NCBI GenBank assembly: GCA_020137815.1
Contig: CM035354.1
Span: 7,564,001 to 7,628,000 of the forward strand
Direction: 5' to 3'
Origin: Hormiphora californensis
Taxonomy: Eukaryota; Animalia; Ctenophora
Length of the DNA stretch: 64,000 bases
Part shown: positions 12,857-25,331 of the stretch, piece after piece
How positions within the stretch are numbered: position 1 is the first letter of the stretch
Layout: every line of letters begins with the position of its first letter
Made by a program: the position numbers and the translations under genes
The notes under the pieces: generated by a model
Told to the model about the DNA's origin: nothing
What the model saw: only the letters and a program-made list of their open reading frames with translations
Databases searched by the model: none

Positions 12857-14623
12857 GAGAGAATAGTAGTTGGAGAGAAAGGTAGTTAGAGAGAAAGGTA
12901 GTTAAAGAGGGAGAGATAGCGAAGGTAAGAGAGAGATAGAGAGAGTGGCCGGGGAAGGGGTAATAGTGTTGTACCTCAAGTTTGTTTGCGTGTGCCTCTC
13001 TCTCGTACACTTTGAGTTTGCTACGTTAAGTGTAGATCATTACCCTCTAACGTTATATTTAATTGAACCCCTTACTTTACCCTCTAACTTTATATACCCT
13101 TCCTTCTAGATTGTTCTTTGACAAGCGAGACGACTCTGATTTTGATCACCTGACCGTTAACGAGACTGCTAATGATCTGCCCTCGGGAGATGGCGGTACC
13201 AACTCCATGCACAAGCTCGGTCTGGAGGCTACCTGGATCAACCAGAACTTCAGCCAGCAGTGCCTGAAACGGGAACAGAAGACTTTCTCCCGACCTAATC
13301 CCTTCATCAGCAAAGAGGACAAGGTGGAGCCCAGTTCTGTGTGTTATAGGTAAGGAGGCTTGATAGGGAGCGGATGGGGGTTCTATTGTAATAAAGGGAG
13401 TGGGGCGAGGTGCCAATATAGCACACATGAATAGAAGGAGGGGTGCAATTAGGAGATGATGTCAAACGCTCTCAACGCTCAGCTCGAAATATATCCGTGT
13501 TCTCTATCTACCTATAATTACATAGCTCTATCTAGCATATGATATCTCGATCTATCTCGAATGATATCTCCCCTTCTCCTCTCTATATTACTGTATCTCC
13601 AATCTCCATCTGATCTCCCTCGCGACTTGTAATACATAGCAGGTGGTCATGGTAATACATACTACTGTAATATTGGCTCCCCGCTGACGCAGATGATGTT
13701 GTCCTCAGCACGCTATTCGTACGAATTTCTACCACATCGTCTCATCTATGTATTTCAGTTCTTTATCTCCTCTCCTCCCCACTCTCTCAATCCCCCAATA
13801 TCCAGTTCCCCTACACCATTACCACCCCACCAGGTACCGAAAGTTCCCTCTTGGTGGACCTGGCGAGGCTTACACTGTCATCTGCCGAACTGAGATCGAT
13901 GCTGTGACCTCTTCTTCCACGGGCGAGGAGCAGCTGATGTGCATCAAGGCACTCAATGAGTGGGATCTCAAGGGAGGAAACAGGTACGAGTATAGAGAGT
14001 AATTCTTGGTATGATGTGTTAGTTTGAAACTTTCTAGAATTTCCCGTGAGTTCTAAATTTCTAAAAGTAGAGCATACTCAAGAAGCAGTTTCATGATCTA
14101 AATCTGTATCTTTGATCTATATCTGTATCTCATGAGACAAATCTAGATCTGTACTCATTAAATCTAGAGTTATCCATGTTTATCATTACATCGTCCATAA
14201 CACTGACCCCCCCCCAGTGAGTGGAGGCAGAAGTTGGATACCCAGCGGGGCGACATCCTCACCACCGAGATGAAAAACAACAAATGCAAGTTGGCCAAGT
14301 GGACTGTGTCCTCCATCATTGCAGGAGCGGACCTCCTCAAGTTCGGTTACATAACCCGATCCATGCCAAGGAGCTCTGGAGAGTCCATCGGTCACTCCAT
14401 CCTCTCTACACAGCAGTTTATTCCCAAACAGTTTGCTGCCCAGATATCTCTGGACATGAACAACGCCTGGGGAATTCTCAGGGTCATTGTCGACAAGTGC
14501 ATGGCGCTCAAGGATGGAAAATATGTGCTGTACAAGGAACCCGCCAAGCCTGTTCTGAGGATCTACAAGGTCCCCCAAAATACCTTCGAAGAAAACGAAG
14601 ACTCCGAGGAAGATGATGATTAG
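9802..14623 (+). CDS. EIF3D: Eukaryotic translation initiation factor 3 subunit D, 8 exons, about 540 aa
   Basis: Exons 9802-9960, 10881-11044, 11311-11455, 11621-11772, 12363-12569, 13110-13349, 13834-13983 and 14218-14623 join in frame. Motifs [54 protein letters not shown] and [11 protein letters not shown]. Confidence 0.97.
10603..10872. repeat. 21-bp minisatellite (CTCTCTGTCTCCTGACACCTC-C), about 12 copies, in EIF3D intron 1
   Basis: Direct tandem copies visible, ending just before the acceptor at 10880. Confidence 0.9.
12782..12862. repeat. (AG)n microsatellite, representative of many in the window
   Basis: Similar tracts at about 16400-16482, 17817-17872, 19740-19795, 28774-28817, 31105-31203, 31717-31820, 31913-31970, 32361-32432, 51504-51628 and 55152-55226. 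Confidence 0.95.
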
Positions 14624-15066
14624 GAAACTCCAAGTTTTCCCCCGGAATTCCCTGAATTTTGATTCTTTTTTCCTGTTTTTATCATTTTGGTTGATGCCAA
14701 AGCTTTTTATTTTTCTTTGATTTCCCTTTTTCTTCGTGTACACTCCATTTCTCTCTCTGTCCTGGTTAATTCCATGCCTAGTTAGGGCATGGGGTTATGA
14801 TGAGGGTTAGTGCGGTGGGTACTGTGCTGGGAACATTCTACATTTGGGGTGGGTGAGGGAGGGCGCGGCGCGCGCTCTACATGTAAAGTACATTTGTTAG
14901 CATTTGAAAATTACGAAACTTGAAATTGTTCGAGGGTCACCTCTCCCAGCTCCTGTCAACTTCCACTACCTCCTATCCCATCTGCTCCCCTTACCTCCCC
15001 CAACCTACCATGCTATTTTATGTACCGCCACCACTCTAACCCCCTCCATCTCCATCTAGCTGTAGA

Positions 15067-15396
15067 ATGAACAATGTGATGACAGCGGCGGGGGACGACT
15101 CCACCAATCTTCTTCAGGAGAGCATTCTAGAAAATGAGTTGAGAAACAGGAAACCGGAGGCAGGGAAATCCATTCTCACATCACCAGCTAGCAAACAGAG
15201 ACTCCTGTCGCAGAAATCAGTGAACTGGAAGAAAGAGTTGGTTGATATCCGGTATATTGAGGGCAAGAAATCGAGAGATAGCAGTGTTATCCGATGGGGA
15301 AACATATTTTATTGTGTGGCACTGATAGTTTCATCTTATGCCATCTATTACATTTTACATAACTTGGGACTATGGCCTAAAGCCCACCGGAGGTGA
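15067..15396 (+). CDS. Small 109-aa membrane protein with C-terminal TM helix and putative PP1-docking motifs
   Basis: Non-repetitive ORF; TM segment WGNIFYCVALIVSSYAIYYILHNLGLW; KSILT and KSVNW motifs; acceptor with CTAAC branch point just before the ATG; AATAAA downstream (about 15438 and 15523). Confidence 0.65.
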   Translation: MNNVMTAAGDDSTNLLQESILENELRNRKPEAGKSILTSPASKQRLLSQKSVNWKKELVDIRYIEGKKSRDSSVIRWGNIFYCVALIVSSYAIYYILHNLGLWPKAHRR

Positions 15397-16396
15397 GGCA
15401 TGAACAGAAAATGGGGAGAGATGTTAAATTTAGAAAGAATAAATTTAAGTTAACGTTTTAAAAAACTGAGACATATGTATGTTTCTTTTTTTGTGCTATT
15501 TCATTTACCGTTTTGTGTTTACAATAAATGGATAAAGATAACTATAATTATGAAGCGCTCTTAAAATGATAATAATTGTATTGCCAGAAAATTGACTGAG
15601 CGAGTGAGTGAGAGCATTCTTTGTAAAATACATTGGGAATATACATTGTGTACACTGTTTATGTATTTTTACAGACGTAAATTGGATGTTTCACTGTTCA
15701 AATTGACAGAATAAAGTCGAAAAGGCAAGGAAGTAGAGAATCTTTATGTGAGATTCGATATTTCAATAACAAAGGCTCTCCTCCTATTTTAGCACACACT
15801 CGAGTCTCCAAAGAATGGCTGATCTAAAAGTGGAAGATGGATTTGAGAAAGAATTACAAATTCGCAACGCGGCGCTTCATTATCTGAGAAATCCAACTAC
15901 TCCTATCAGGTTTCTACTTTTCTAGTGTGTTAGTGTACCCTGCTTTTTGTCAGTGTCTTTGGATGTCTGTGTTTTTGTCTGTTCTTCATGAATGTCCTAT
16001 GTTGTAGTTTTAATACAAATATTGTCGGACATGATTCGGATTGTTTTTTATGCTTGACTGATTTTTATTTTCTCTCTCTGATCTGTCATTCTCTTTCTAC
16101 CTCTACCCGATGTGTTTAGTGTTTGGAAGTCAATGATTCATTGAATCAGTGAAATGAATGAAAATTCCAGGTGGCCGTCTTGAGAGTAATCACAGAAAAT
16201 AAACCTTAGAAAACAGTCATAGCTCTATATATGATAACATGGAGTGATATTATGTTTATTTGGTAGAAACTAAAGGTCTCTCAAAGCTTCATCAATCATC
16301 ATCACGCTCAGTCCGGTTTCTCTGACGCTGGTTGAAAACCGTATCAGTTTCACCATCTGCTGACTCTTCCACAGTCCACACTGTTAAATATTTATT

Positions 16397-16487
<91 letters not shown>

Positions 16488-17811
16488 CCATTCTTCCTAC
16501 ACGGAAATACGCACTGATTAATCACTATTCGCTCTTTCTTGGCATGAATTCTGTTCAATTTGTCTGTCTTTCTTTCATTTTCTCCCTTCCTGAGTGAAGC
16601 AGAGTGGGTTTACACCACACACACTCACCCTTTTCCTCAGTCCAATATTCCTTTCTGGCTGAGTGGTGTCTACTTTTCTCTCTCTCTCTGTCTTTTCATG
16701 GCACCTGTACTTGATGCGGTTTGTATAAGTTTGTGTGACACCACGTGCTATACAGTGTGGGTGGTCCTCATGAACTCTACATAATAATAATCATGACTAT
16801 ACTGCAGAATATTACCATGAACCCCCTCAGCCATCACTCTATCTCACTCCCTCCCTCTATCTTACTCTCCCAGTCTCATGTGAAGTCATCTGAGCTATGC
16901 AATCTAGAATGCACACTCTTTGTGACTCACGTAGTATAAGTGTTACGGACCTTCCTAGTATGATAGGGCGGGTAGTTTTTACTTGTAGAGTGTGTCCTAA
17001 GTTGTACACTATTTTTTATAAAATTGAATATACATGTGTCTATAATCGTAAATCTTACTATCTCGAGGACCATTAGCGAAGCATTAACGGATTGATCCAG
17101 ATAAATCGTACACAATTTCTCTCTCTCTAGTTCCTGTTGCCCTTGTATTGCATCATCACTTCTCTCTTAGCAGTCCTGGTACCACCTCTATCTAATTCCC
17201 TTTCTAGATCTAACACGACTTCTCTCTTGATTCCTTGCATTACTTCTCTCTCTCTTGAGTCCTTGCATTACTTCTCAGTTCTCTCTGTGGTTCTATCATT
17301 GCTCTAATGATTATAACTCTATACAACGTGCTATTGGTAGTTCTAGTTAGTTATTGGCACAGCTCCATTACGAAAACACCTGCCCCACAGCTCCCCCTCA
17401 TTGCCATACACCCTACCACACTATACTATTAGGGTCCATATCATCATCACCATCAACAACTCTATCGTGACAGTGACACATTCTTCCTAGCATCATCTAT
17501 ACAGGGTCCCTTATAGCATATAATCCAGCTAGATTTGACCTATAGTGCCCCCCCCCCTTGGAATCTGGATCTACGAATTCTGTTCCTAGTCTCCCACAAT
17601 AATATAGGCGGTGGGTGGGTGTGTGTGAGATAGAACTTGAGATTTTGTAGTATGTTGTGTGTGTATGTGTTTTTCCAGTGTACTTCTTTCACTCCCTGCC
17701 TAAAATCTGAAGTGTGTCTCATAATTCTGAAACATCCTCTTCTTCCTTCTCTTCAGCTTTAGTGTCTCTTTTTAGCTTTCTCTCACACACCTCCTTTTGT
17801 CTACTTTCCTG

Positions 17812-17876
<65 letters not shown>

Positions 17877-18093
17877 ACTCTCTCTCTCACTCACTCACTC
17901 TACATCACATGTAGGCCAGCTGTCAGAACGTCTGCTGTTGAAGACGGAACAAGCCCGGTCTGCCACACGCGAGTCTGTCCGATGTTGTTGGTAGTTGTCC
18001 TCTTTCTCAGAATATTCTATCTATTTGTGTTCCTCACTCACTCTATTCTGTTCATTTCTTATTGGCTGTGTTTTCTCTGTTCTGTTTTTAATG

Positions 18094-18320
18094 ACAGTGG
18101 TCATCCGACATAATTGCCATACCTCGACGAGAAATCCGACCTGAATCTCGACCTGGAATGAGACGCGCATTCGTAGTGAGAGAGACATAAAGACTAACGA
18201 GAGAGAAGAGTTGAAGCGCGACATCATTTGCTTACTGCGGCACATCTCTCTGATGCGCGGCTCATTTCTCGTCGGATTTCTCGTCGGATTTCACGTCGGA
18301 ATATGTCGGAGGGCCACTGT
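18094..18320. mobile_element. MITE-like element with CAGTGG/CCACTG ends and internal TCCGAC repeats
   Basis: ACAGTGGTCATCCGACATA ... TATGTCGGAGGGCCACTGT inverted termini. Confidence 0.55.
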
Positions 18321-19261
18321 GACTGGTTTTCTTTGTTTTAATTTACTTCTTTCTCTCCACTGATATCTCTCTTTATTTCTCTCTCTCTCTCTCTCAAGAC
18401 TCAATCTACCTCTCTTTCCTTCTCTCTTAATCTCCCTCTTCCTTCTCTCTATCGTTATGGTTGACACAAGCATATCCGGACACATATTATAATGTTTGAA
18501 CGTTCTAGGTTTGTATACTCTCTTGATCATCTCAACACGTCCGTACTATTATTTACACACAATATATCCTGGTTGTATTTTAAGATACAAAAGCAAATAG
18601 CTTTCTACATCATCATTCCTTCTCATTGTCTCAGTTAGATTTATAGAAGATTAAAACTATCCTAATGAGTAATGATGTTGGCTGGAACAGCTTAGCATCT
18701 AAGTGGTTATAATAGTCATTCAGCCTTCAGTACATAATATAATCATGATAAGATTGTCTGTGTTATTGTGTTAGTTGTCTATTGTTAAAGCTCTTATAAT
18801 GTACATGTTTATATTAGTTTGTGAAGCTCGTTGTTTGACAGAAAGACAATGCCAGATACCAAGCCTCCATGTGTGTTTATGTGACAGTGTTTATGTGTGT
18901 TAAATTCTGTGTTTGTCTGTATTAGATACACGTGTTTACATGTGTGTTTATACTTGTCAGATACACACTGCCAAAAGAGAGATATTGTTTACGATCGGTC
19001 TGCTGTTGTCTGACGTAGCTGGTGTATCAGAGAGACAACACCGAGACTGAGAGAGACAACATGTTGTCTGACGTAGCTGGTGTATATTTTGACGTCTGTT
19101 TCCTGGCAGACAACTGTTATACCTGCCATCATACGTCGTTTGTCTTTTTAGTTCTAATTCTAGTTATAAGATTATAGCTCTAAACTGATATCTCCTAAGA
19201 AATAATTTGTCCCAAAGATGATCACTGAACTAACAATCCCCCCAATGTCCCGCCAGTTGTT

Positions 19262-19736
19262 ATGACGAAGGAGTTTGCGACTGTAGTTGCCACCCATGAT
19301 TTTGATCCGGCCTCAGTAGGTTTGAACAAGGCCAAGTCTAGAACACTTCTTCTCAAGAAAGGTAAGGTTGATGATAACATGGAAAAGTTTTGATGTTCTC
19401 ATCATTTGAAAAACTAAAAAACATCGTATTCGTCATCAACTAAGATTGATATAGAATGCTGCTCTTTATGTTCTTGTCCAATACAAATTCGTTTTGAATT
19501 AGCCTAGTATTTTTCTAGAACCTACTTTTACACCACGCCCCACATAATTATCATTTCATTGAGTTACTTCTCGGAGCGATATATCACATTTCTAACTTGA
19601 TTTACCTGCAGGGGACCAGTTTAGTGTGTTTAACGTGGGAAATAGGGAATGGTGGGGTGCCCGGGCACATCTGAACAACGTCATCGGTTATATACCATCA
19701 GCTTACGTCAGACCACAGGTGAGCAGTGGGAGAGTG

Positions 19737-19803
<67 letters not shown>

Positions 19804-21522
19804 TGGGAGAGAGAGAGAGTGATTGAGAGAGAGAGGGAGAGATGAGTTAGTGAGCGAGGAAGTAGGAATGTGCGTAACCTGTGACTTGAGCATTGTGCCC
19901 TTTCTGTTATACAGCATTTCTGTGTCATCTCATCTATCGACAGTCTTGTGGAGTCTCTCTCCCTCCTCTTTCTCTCCCTCCTCTTTCTTTCTCTCTCTAT
20001 CTCACTCCCTCATCGTATAACCCCACATAGCTTTGTGTGTAGAGTGTAGATGTTACATTTTCCGGTCCACTATTTTGCTCAATTCTCATCGTTTTACATT
20101 GTGACCCCCTTAGTTCCACAGCTGTTATATCACTATACCTCAGTCCTCATAACAGCTGCTGCCATTTTGTTAGAGGTACTATTTCATGCATTTGTTGGAA
20201 TTCTTTCATGGCTCTTGAGTTTTGAAAGTATGTTTTGTTGGGTTCGTATAACAGTTGGTACGATAAGCGAGCTCTTTTTATCTTTTTATAAATTCTATAG
20301 AACAAGATGAGATTAGCGAGAGATGAGAAGGTCAGACAAGTCAGGGAATCTATTTATCATTTAGATTGCCTGAAAGATGTTTGGCGGCTCTAAAGAGACA
20401 GATTGAGATGTGAGAACTGTCAAGAATGACTGTGATGGGACAAAGAGAAGTGCTTATCGATAAATCGCTCTCTCTCTCGCTCTATCTATCAGTCTCTCTT
20501 TCTCTCACTCCCTCCCATATATCTCTATCATCATTTCTGTCACTATCCTATCTAACAGTTGTACTGATACAGGATCGTTTGTACGGCTCCGTATTCCATG
20601 TACTTTGTTCTCACCTTCCATCTAACTACATTTCCATTTTCTCTCATTCCCCCTCATTGTCTCTCTTCCCCTCATTTTCCCTCTCCCGCTCCTCCCTCTC
20701 ATTACGTCTCCAGCAGTATTATATATGCCTGGCCTTGTTAGGTATGGCTTTCTCTCAACAGTCGTGGCTCGAGTGTCACGTATTATATGTACCTCTAACT
20801 TAGGCTTCACTCTATCTTAGTCCTTCTGTGTTATCTATCTCCTCTTCGCGCGCGAGCTCAGCGCGCGCGAGAGCGGGAGCGAACCGCGAGCGCGCGCGCG
20901 CCTCTCGAGAGCGAGCAAGAGCGCGCACGAGCGGGAGCGAGACCACGAGGCGCGCCCGAAGGCCTAGGAGAGCAAATCCCACACAAGAGTGAGGGCAACT
21001 TCCATATAGTTTACAGGACACATAATAGAAATTCTTGATAGGGTCCAAAGTGGCAGTGAGTGGTGCTTAAAATTCAAATGTGATGAGGTCATTCCCCTCT
21101 CTGCTCTCTATGCCTCTCCGCTTCCACTACCACAACCATGCCAATTTTTAACTACAGGATTCTGGTTGCCGAAGTCTGCAACAGGTACTAAGGGAAATGT
21201 GACGATGGTATGTCGCCGGAGTTGCAGGCTCTCCTTGCGAAACGAAACAAAATCATTGAAGAGGTACAGTTTGGGTTTAGATCTGTCAGGCCAATGCAGC
21301 TCGACAGCTTGCATTTGCAGATAAAAATCGGAAATGTCTTGCCTTGCCTTGTTCGACCCTGTTTCCCTACGCTCTAGATATAATAGAGTAGGGTTAGAAT
21401 ATAGCAACTAACACCCCAACCATTTCCAGGACGAAGAACAGAAAGAGGCAGAAGATGCCAAGCCAGAGTTTCACAAGATAAACTTAAAGAAAACGACCGT
21501 TGAAGTCGAGGAAACGTCATAA
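19262..21522 (+). CDS. Small SH3-domain protein with a C-terminal LKKT motif; 3' exons tentative
   Basis: Exons 19262-19361 and 19612-19718 encode an SH3 domain (VVATHDFDP...LLLKKGDQFSV...EWWGAR...GYIPSAYV). Probable later exons about 21159-21263 (needs a 1-nt fix near 21192) and 21430-21522 (DEEQKEAEDAKPEFHKINLKKTTVEVEETS*). Confidence 0.7.
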
Positions 21523-21733
21523 TCACATCATGAATTTGAGTTTTGAACTACTAAAATCAGAGAGTTTTGCGGGAGTGTTTGAGAGAGATACAATTGTTTG
21601 ATATGAACTGTTATTAAACCCCAATGATGAACCAGCTGGCACCAAGTCAATATGATTGTGAGATTTCCGACTTTTTGACAGTGCAGTGACATCTGTCAGA
21701 GCGGAGCGCGCGAGAACTGTGGTCAGAGCATTG

Positions 21734-21955
21734 TAGTGGAAGCTCTTACGGTATTTCCCACGCCTCGTGGGAAAGTTTTTGACCGTGGGAAAGTTTTCAA
21801 ACCGTGGGAAAAGAGAGATACATACAATAACATACAAAAAATAATTATTTTTTTAAAGTTATTGTATGTATCTCTCTTTTCCCACGGTTTGAAAACTTTC
21901 CCACGGTCAAAAACTTTCCCACGGGGCGTGGGAAATACCGTAAGAGCTTCCACTA
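21734..21955. mobile_element. 222-bp palindromic MITE-like element with 8 CGTGGGAA motifs
   Basis: About 96-bp near-perfect inverted arms TAGTGGAAGCTCTTACGG...CCGTAAGAGCTTCCACTA; flanked by TTG on both sides. Confidence 0.8.
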
Positions 21956-23103
21956 TTGGCCTGACAGAGTGACATGCAATTCAACTGGTAACGCTAACTG
22001 CACGATTAACGATATGAATTCTTTTGAATTTTGAGATGTGAATAAAAATGGTTTACATGTTTTAAGTACTGTGTTATTCTCAAGCTTCAGGGGAAGAGCT
22101 GCATCAGATTTTCTGGTCGACATTTGATGCGGAATTTTTGGATCCAATTTGGGTACGCGCAAATACTATGCCGCGCATTACCCGTATTGGTAATGCGCGC
22201 TCACTTAAATCGAGTGCGGTGTCACTTTTTATGTCTTTAACTTTTTTGGTTTCTTCACTTTCTTTTTGGCTTTCTCAGTTTCTTGTCTTCGCCTGTAAGA
22301 CGCCGCCCTCCCTCAGCTGGATGACAGCAGTATAAAATACAGATTTCATACGAAGACCTGTATGAGTGAACCGCGGTACATTCAGACCTAGACAGGTTTT
22401 TGTTCATTTTAATTTTCAGTTTCACTCGCCAAATTCGGATTAGCCAACAGCCAAGAATAGGGAATAAAAATGCGGAGCTTTTCAAATTGATAAAACAAAA
22501 TTATTGTAACTTATAGGAACATTTCAATGAAAAAAACTGTAAAGATCAGTGGTAGCTCAAAGTGTTCATAAAGTGCAGCCAAGAATACACATTCAAAAGA
22601 GTTTCAATTCCTCCCTTTTTAGAAATATAACAGTTAAATTGCCGACTGTGCCACGGACAGATGCGTTCAAAAAGTGCCACGCAGCACGCCTTCGAAGTGA
22701 TGTCATACATCGTATAGAAGTTGCCATACGAATCATATGACGAGAAGGGGTGAATATATCACAGGTATTTGTAGGTTGAAGGATGTGGATAATTTTCCTT
22801 CGAAGGGTCGGCCCATCAGTATTGCTCACAATCTTCCTATCATGTCTGCTCTTCCTGTGAGGTGGGGAAGTTGTTAGCTAAGGGGCTAAAACCTCTCAGC
22901 TAGATGCTCTGTAGATTTCATAATACACAGACACGCATGCTACAACAAAATACAAATACACAAAATCGAGGGGAAAGCTTGGTAGTTGGGTTAGGGGTAT
23001 TGCATTAGCAAGGTAAAGACATGCAGGAAATCAATCAGCCATATCACAGAGCATCAGCCAGATACATTATCAGCTAGTTAGTACCTAACAAGCTAAGGCA
23101 CAC

Positions 23104-25238
23104 CTAGGCCACAACAGCTACTTCTGCTGTATTATTTTCCACTACTGCGGCCTCCGTCTTGGATTCTATGACAACGTTGGAGTCAGCTCCTTCCTCGACA
23201 GTGGGTGTATCATTAGCTACTGGCTCCTCGGCCTTAACCTCCTCGGCGGCAGGTTCCTCTGGGGTGTCGGCAGCGGGGGCTTCTTCTGTGGCAGCGGGGA
23301 CGGCATCATTGTCGGGGTTCTGAAAAGGGTTGATGTAGAGCTGTCTACTGGTCTGCAGGTTAGGTCTGTCTGGTGTGACTTGTCTGACGTGTCATAGAGT
23401 CTGTCACTATTTCCTGTTGTCTGTCACTATGTTCTGTTGTCTGTCACTATGTCCGTCCTGTTATCATTTGTTGATGTACCTCTGGTGCTTCCTCAGCTTT
23501 AGGCTCTGGAGCCTTCTTGGACTTCTTAAATCGTCCAAATAGTCGAGCAAAGAAACCAGCCTTTTTGACCTTGGGCTCAGCAGGGGCCTCTTCTGCGGCA
23601 GCTTCCTCCTGGACCTCTGGGGCGGCTTCAGGGGCGGCTTCCTCTGCTGGTGTTTCAGCGGGTTCGGTGGCCTCGGCAGCTGGGGCAGCAGCCTCTGCCT
23701 CAACCTTGGGCTCCTTGTTGGGGAGTGTTATTGCAGGAGATGGGAAATTACTAATTTGAGGGAGTTTTAGGAAGTTTTCAGGGGTATTTAGGAAGCTTTC
23801 ACACTTGCTTTCTCCCACACACACAACACACACAAATTCCCATGTTTAACTGCCAGCGATCACTCTTTCTCACCTATACTGTGTCCAATAAAACGGACTT
23901 TAAAATCACACTAACGCTCACTTCGCACCACTCTACAAGATTGTAATGATATTGGTGAGGCATTATCGATGCATACAGTTCGTGGAAAATGTGTGTTCAT
24001 GAACTGCTTTGGTTTGCCAAAGTAGATGAGAATGTGTCTTCTCCAGTGGCCGATAGTCAGAATTCGTGGAAAATTAATGATTCTGTGAAATATCTGAGTG
24101 AGCTCTTACCTTGGCCTTCTTCTTTCTTCTGAAAGAGTCCCTGATTTTGGAGAGAGTGCTTTGTCGTTTCACCGGTTCTCCCTTCTTTGACTCATCTTCT
24201 TTCTCCTTCTCACTCTGTTTCTCTTCTTTCTCCTGATCGAGGGATAAGGGCGGGGATTAGAAAACATGATTAAATATGCGGGTGATATGTCCTTGAATTC
24301 AGAGCTTGCAATAATCGGAGAGTATCATGAATCATTGAGAAAAAGACAAATATAAATCTCAGCTTAACATTCCACTACTCAAGAGGGAACCGACACACAC
24401 TGATCAATTAGTGTGGGCCTACTTTTGCTTTCTTATTTTTCTTATTTTTCCCCTTTTTAGCCTTTTTCTTTCCCTTTTTGCTGGCCTGGATCAAAAAAGA
24501 AGTGAATCAACGGAAAGAGTAGCTGTACAGCTTGGTATATATGGGAAGAAGATCACAAGATTCACAATTATACACGCTCACAGACACAAAAGAAGACCAC
24601 AATTCAATGCCCTGAACATCAGATAACGAGAATAAAGAAGTGGTGTGTGTAATGAAGAGAGAAAGACAATACACGATAACATACAGCCTCATCGGCGTCT
24701 ACATCCTCTACCACCTCCTTCTCATCGTCCTTTTTGGAGTCCTTGTCTGCCTCACTGGGAGCGGTTTCCTTGGAAACGAATTAGAGTGTTGCCATGGTAA
24801 CGCATGATGTTACCTATTACACATTTAATCTGCCAACCCGCATATATCTGATATATAGGACTAAATACTGCAGATGTGCATTCTACTAGAATTCTACTAG
24901 AATTTCTAGAACATTAGGATATGGCATAAATGACCCCTACTCTCGGATCCTCGGAATGCCTCAGGCTTTGGCTAGATTCCATCTATACGGTCTTTGAATA
25001 TTTTAGCCCAACATTAATATCCTTACCCTCTCCCCAAGTAGAAAGGGCAGGGCTTCACGAACCTCCCCTCCCTCCCCTCCCCGAAAAGATTAAAGAAGAG
25101 ATCACCCCCGACCTAAATGAAGAGTTCACAACCCCCTCCCTAAATAAAAAGTTTACACCCTTTCAAACAGCTCACCTCGACAGGTTCTGCCTTGGTTTCC
25201 TCTTGCTGTACGTCTGCTACTGGTGTCTCGTTATCTGC
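23104..25238 (-). CDS. Acidic Ala/Glu/Pro-rich disordered protein with two basic-aromatic clusters; start codon not located
   Basis: Exons 25238-25176, 24768-24685, 24232-24110, 23713-23480 and 23319-23104, all phase 0 and open; stop TAG at 23104-23106. Confidence 0.75.
24788..24801. promoter_or_regulatory. RFX X-box-like motif GTTGCCATGGTAAC (intronic)
   Basis: Matches the consensus GTNRCC-N(0-3)-RGYAAC; function unknown. Confidence 0.35.
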
Positions 25239-25275
25239 CTGTGAGGGGGGGGGGTGTCAAATGATAAGTTCTCAT

Positions 25276-25331
25276 AGTTATCTGCTCCCCATCTGACCAA
25301 ACTAGTTTGGTCAGATGGGGAGCAGATAACT
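25276..25331. repeat. 56-bp perfect palindrome without spacer
   Basis: AGTTATCTGCTCCCCATCTGACCAAACT-AGTTTGGTCAGATGGGGAGCAGATAACT. Confidence 0.9.

Noticed and set aside
20846-20960. GC-rich CGCG/GAGC tract
   Set aside because: Low-complexity intronic repeat; no structure or second copy identified
21723-21972. Two near-identical ORFs on opposite strands (MEALTVFPTPRGK)
   Set aside because: Automatic consequence of the palindrome; no coding evidence
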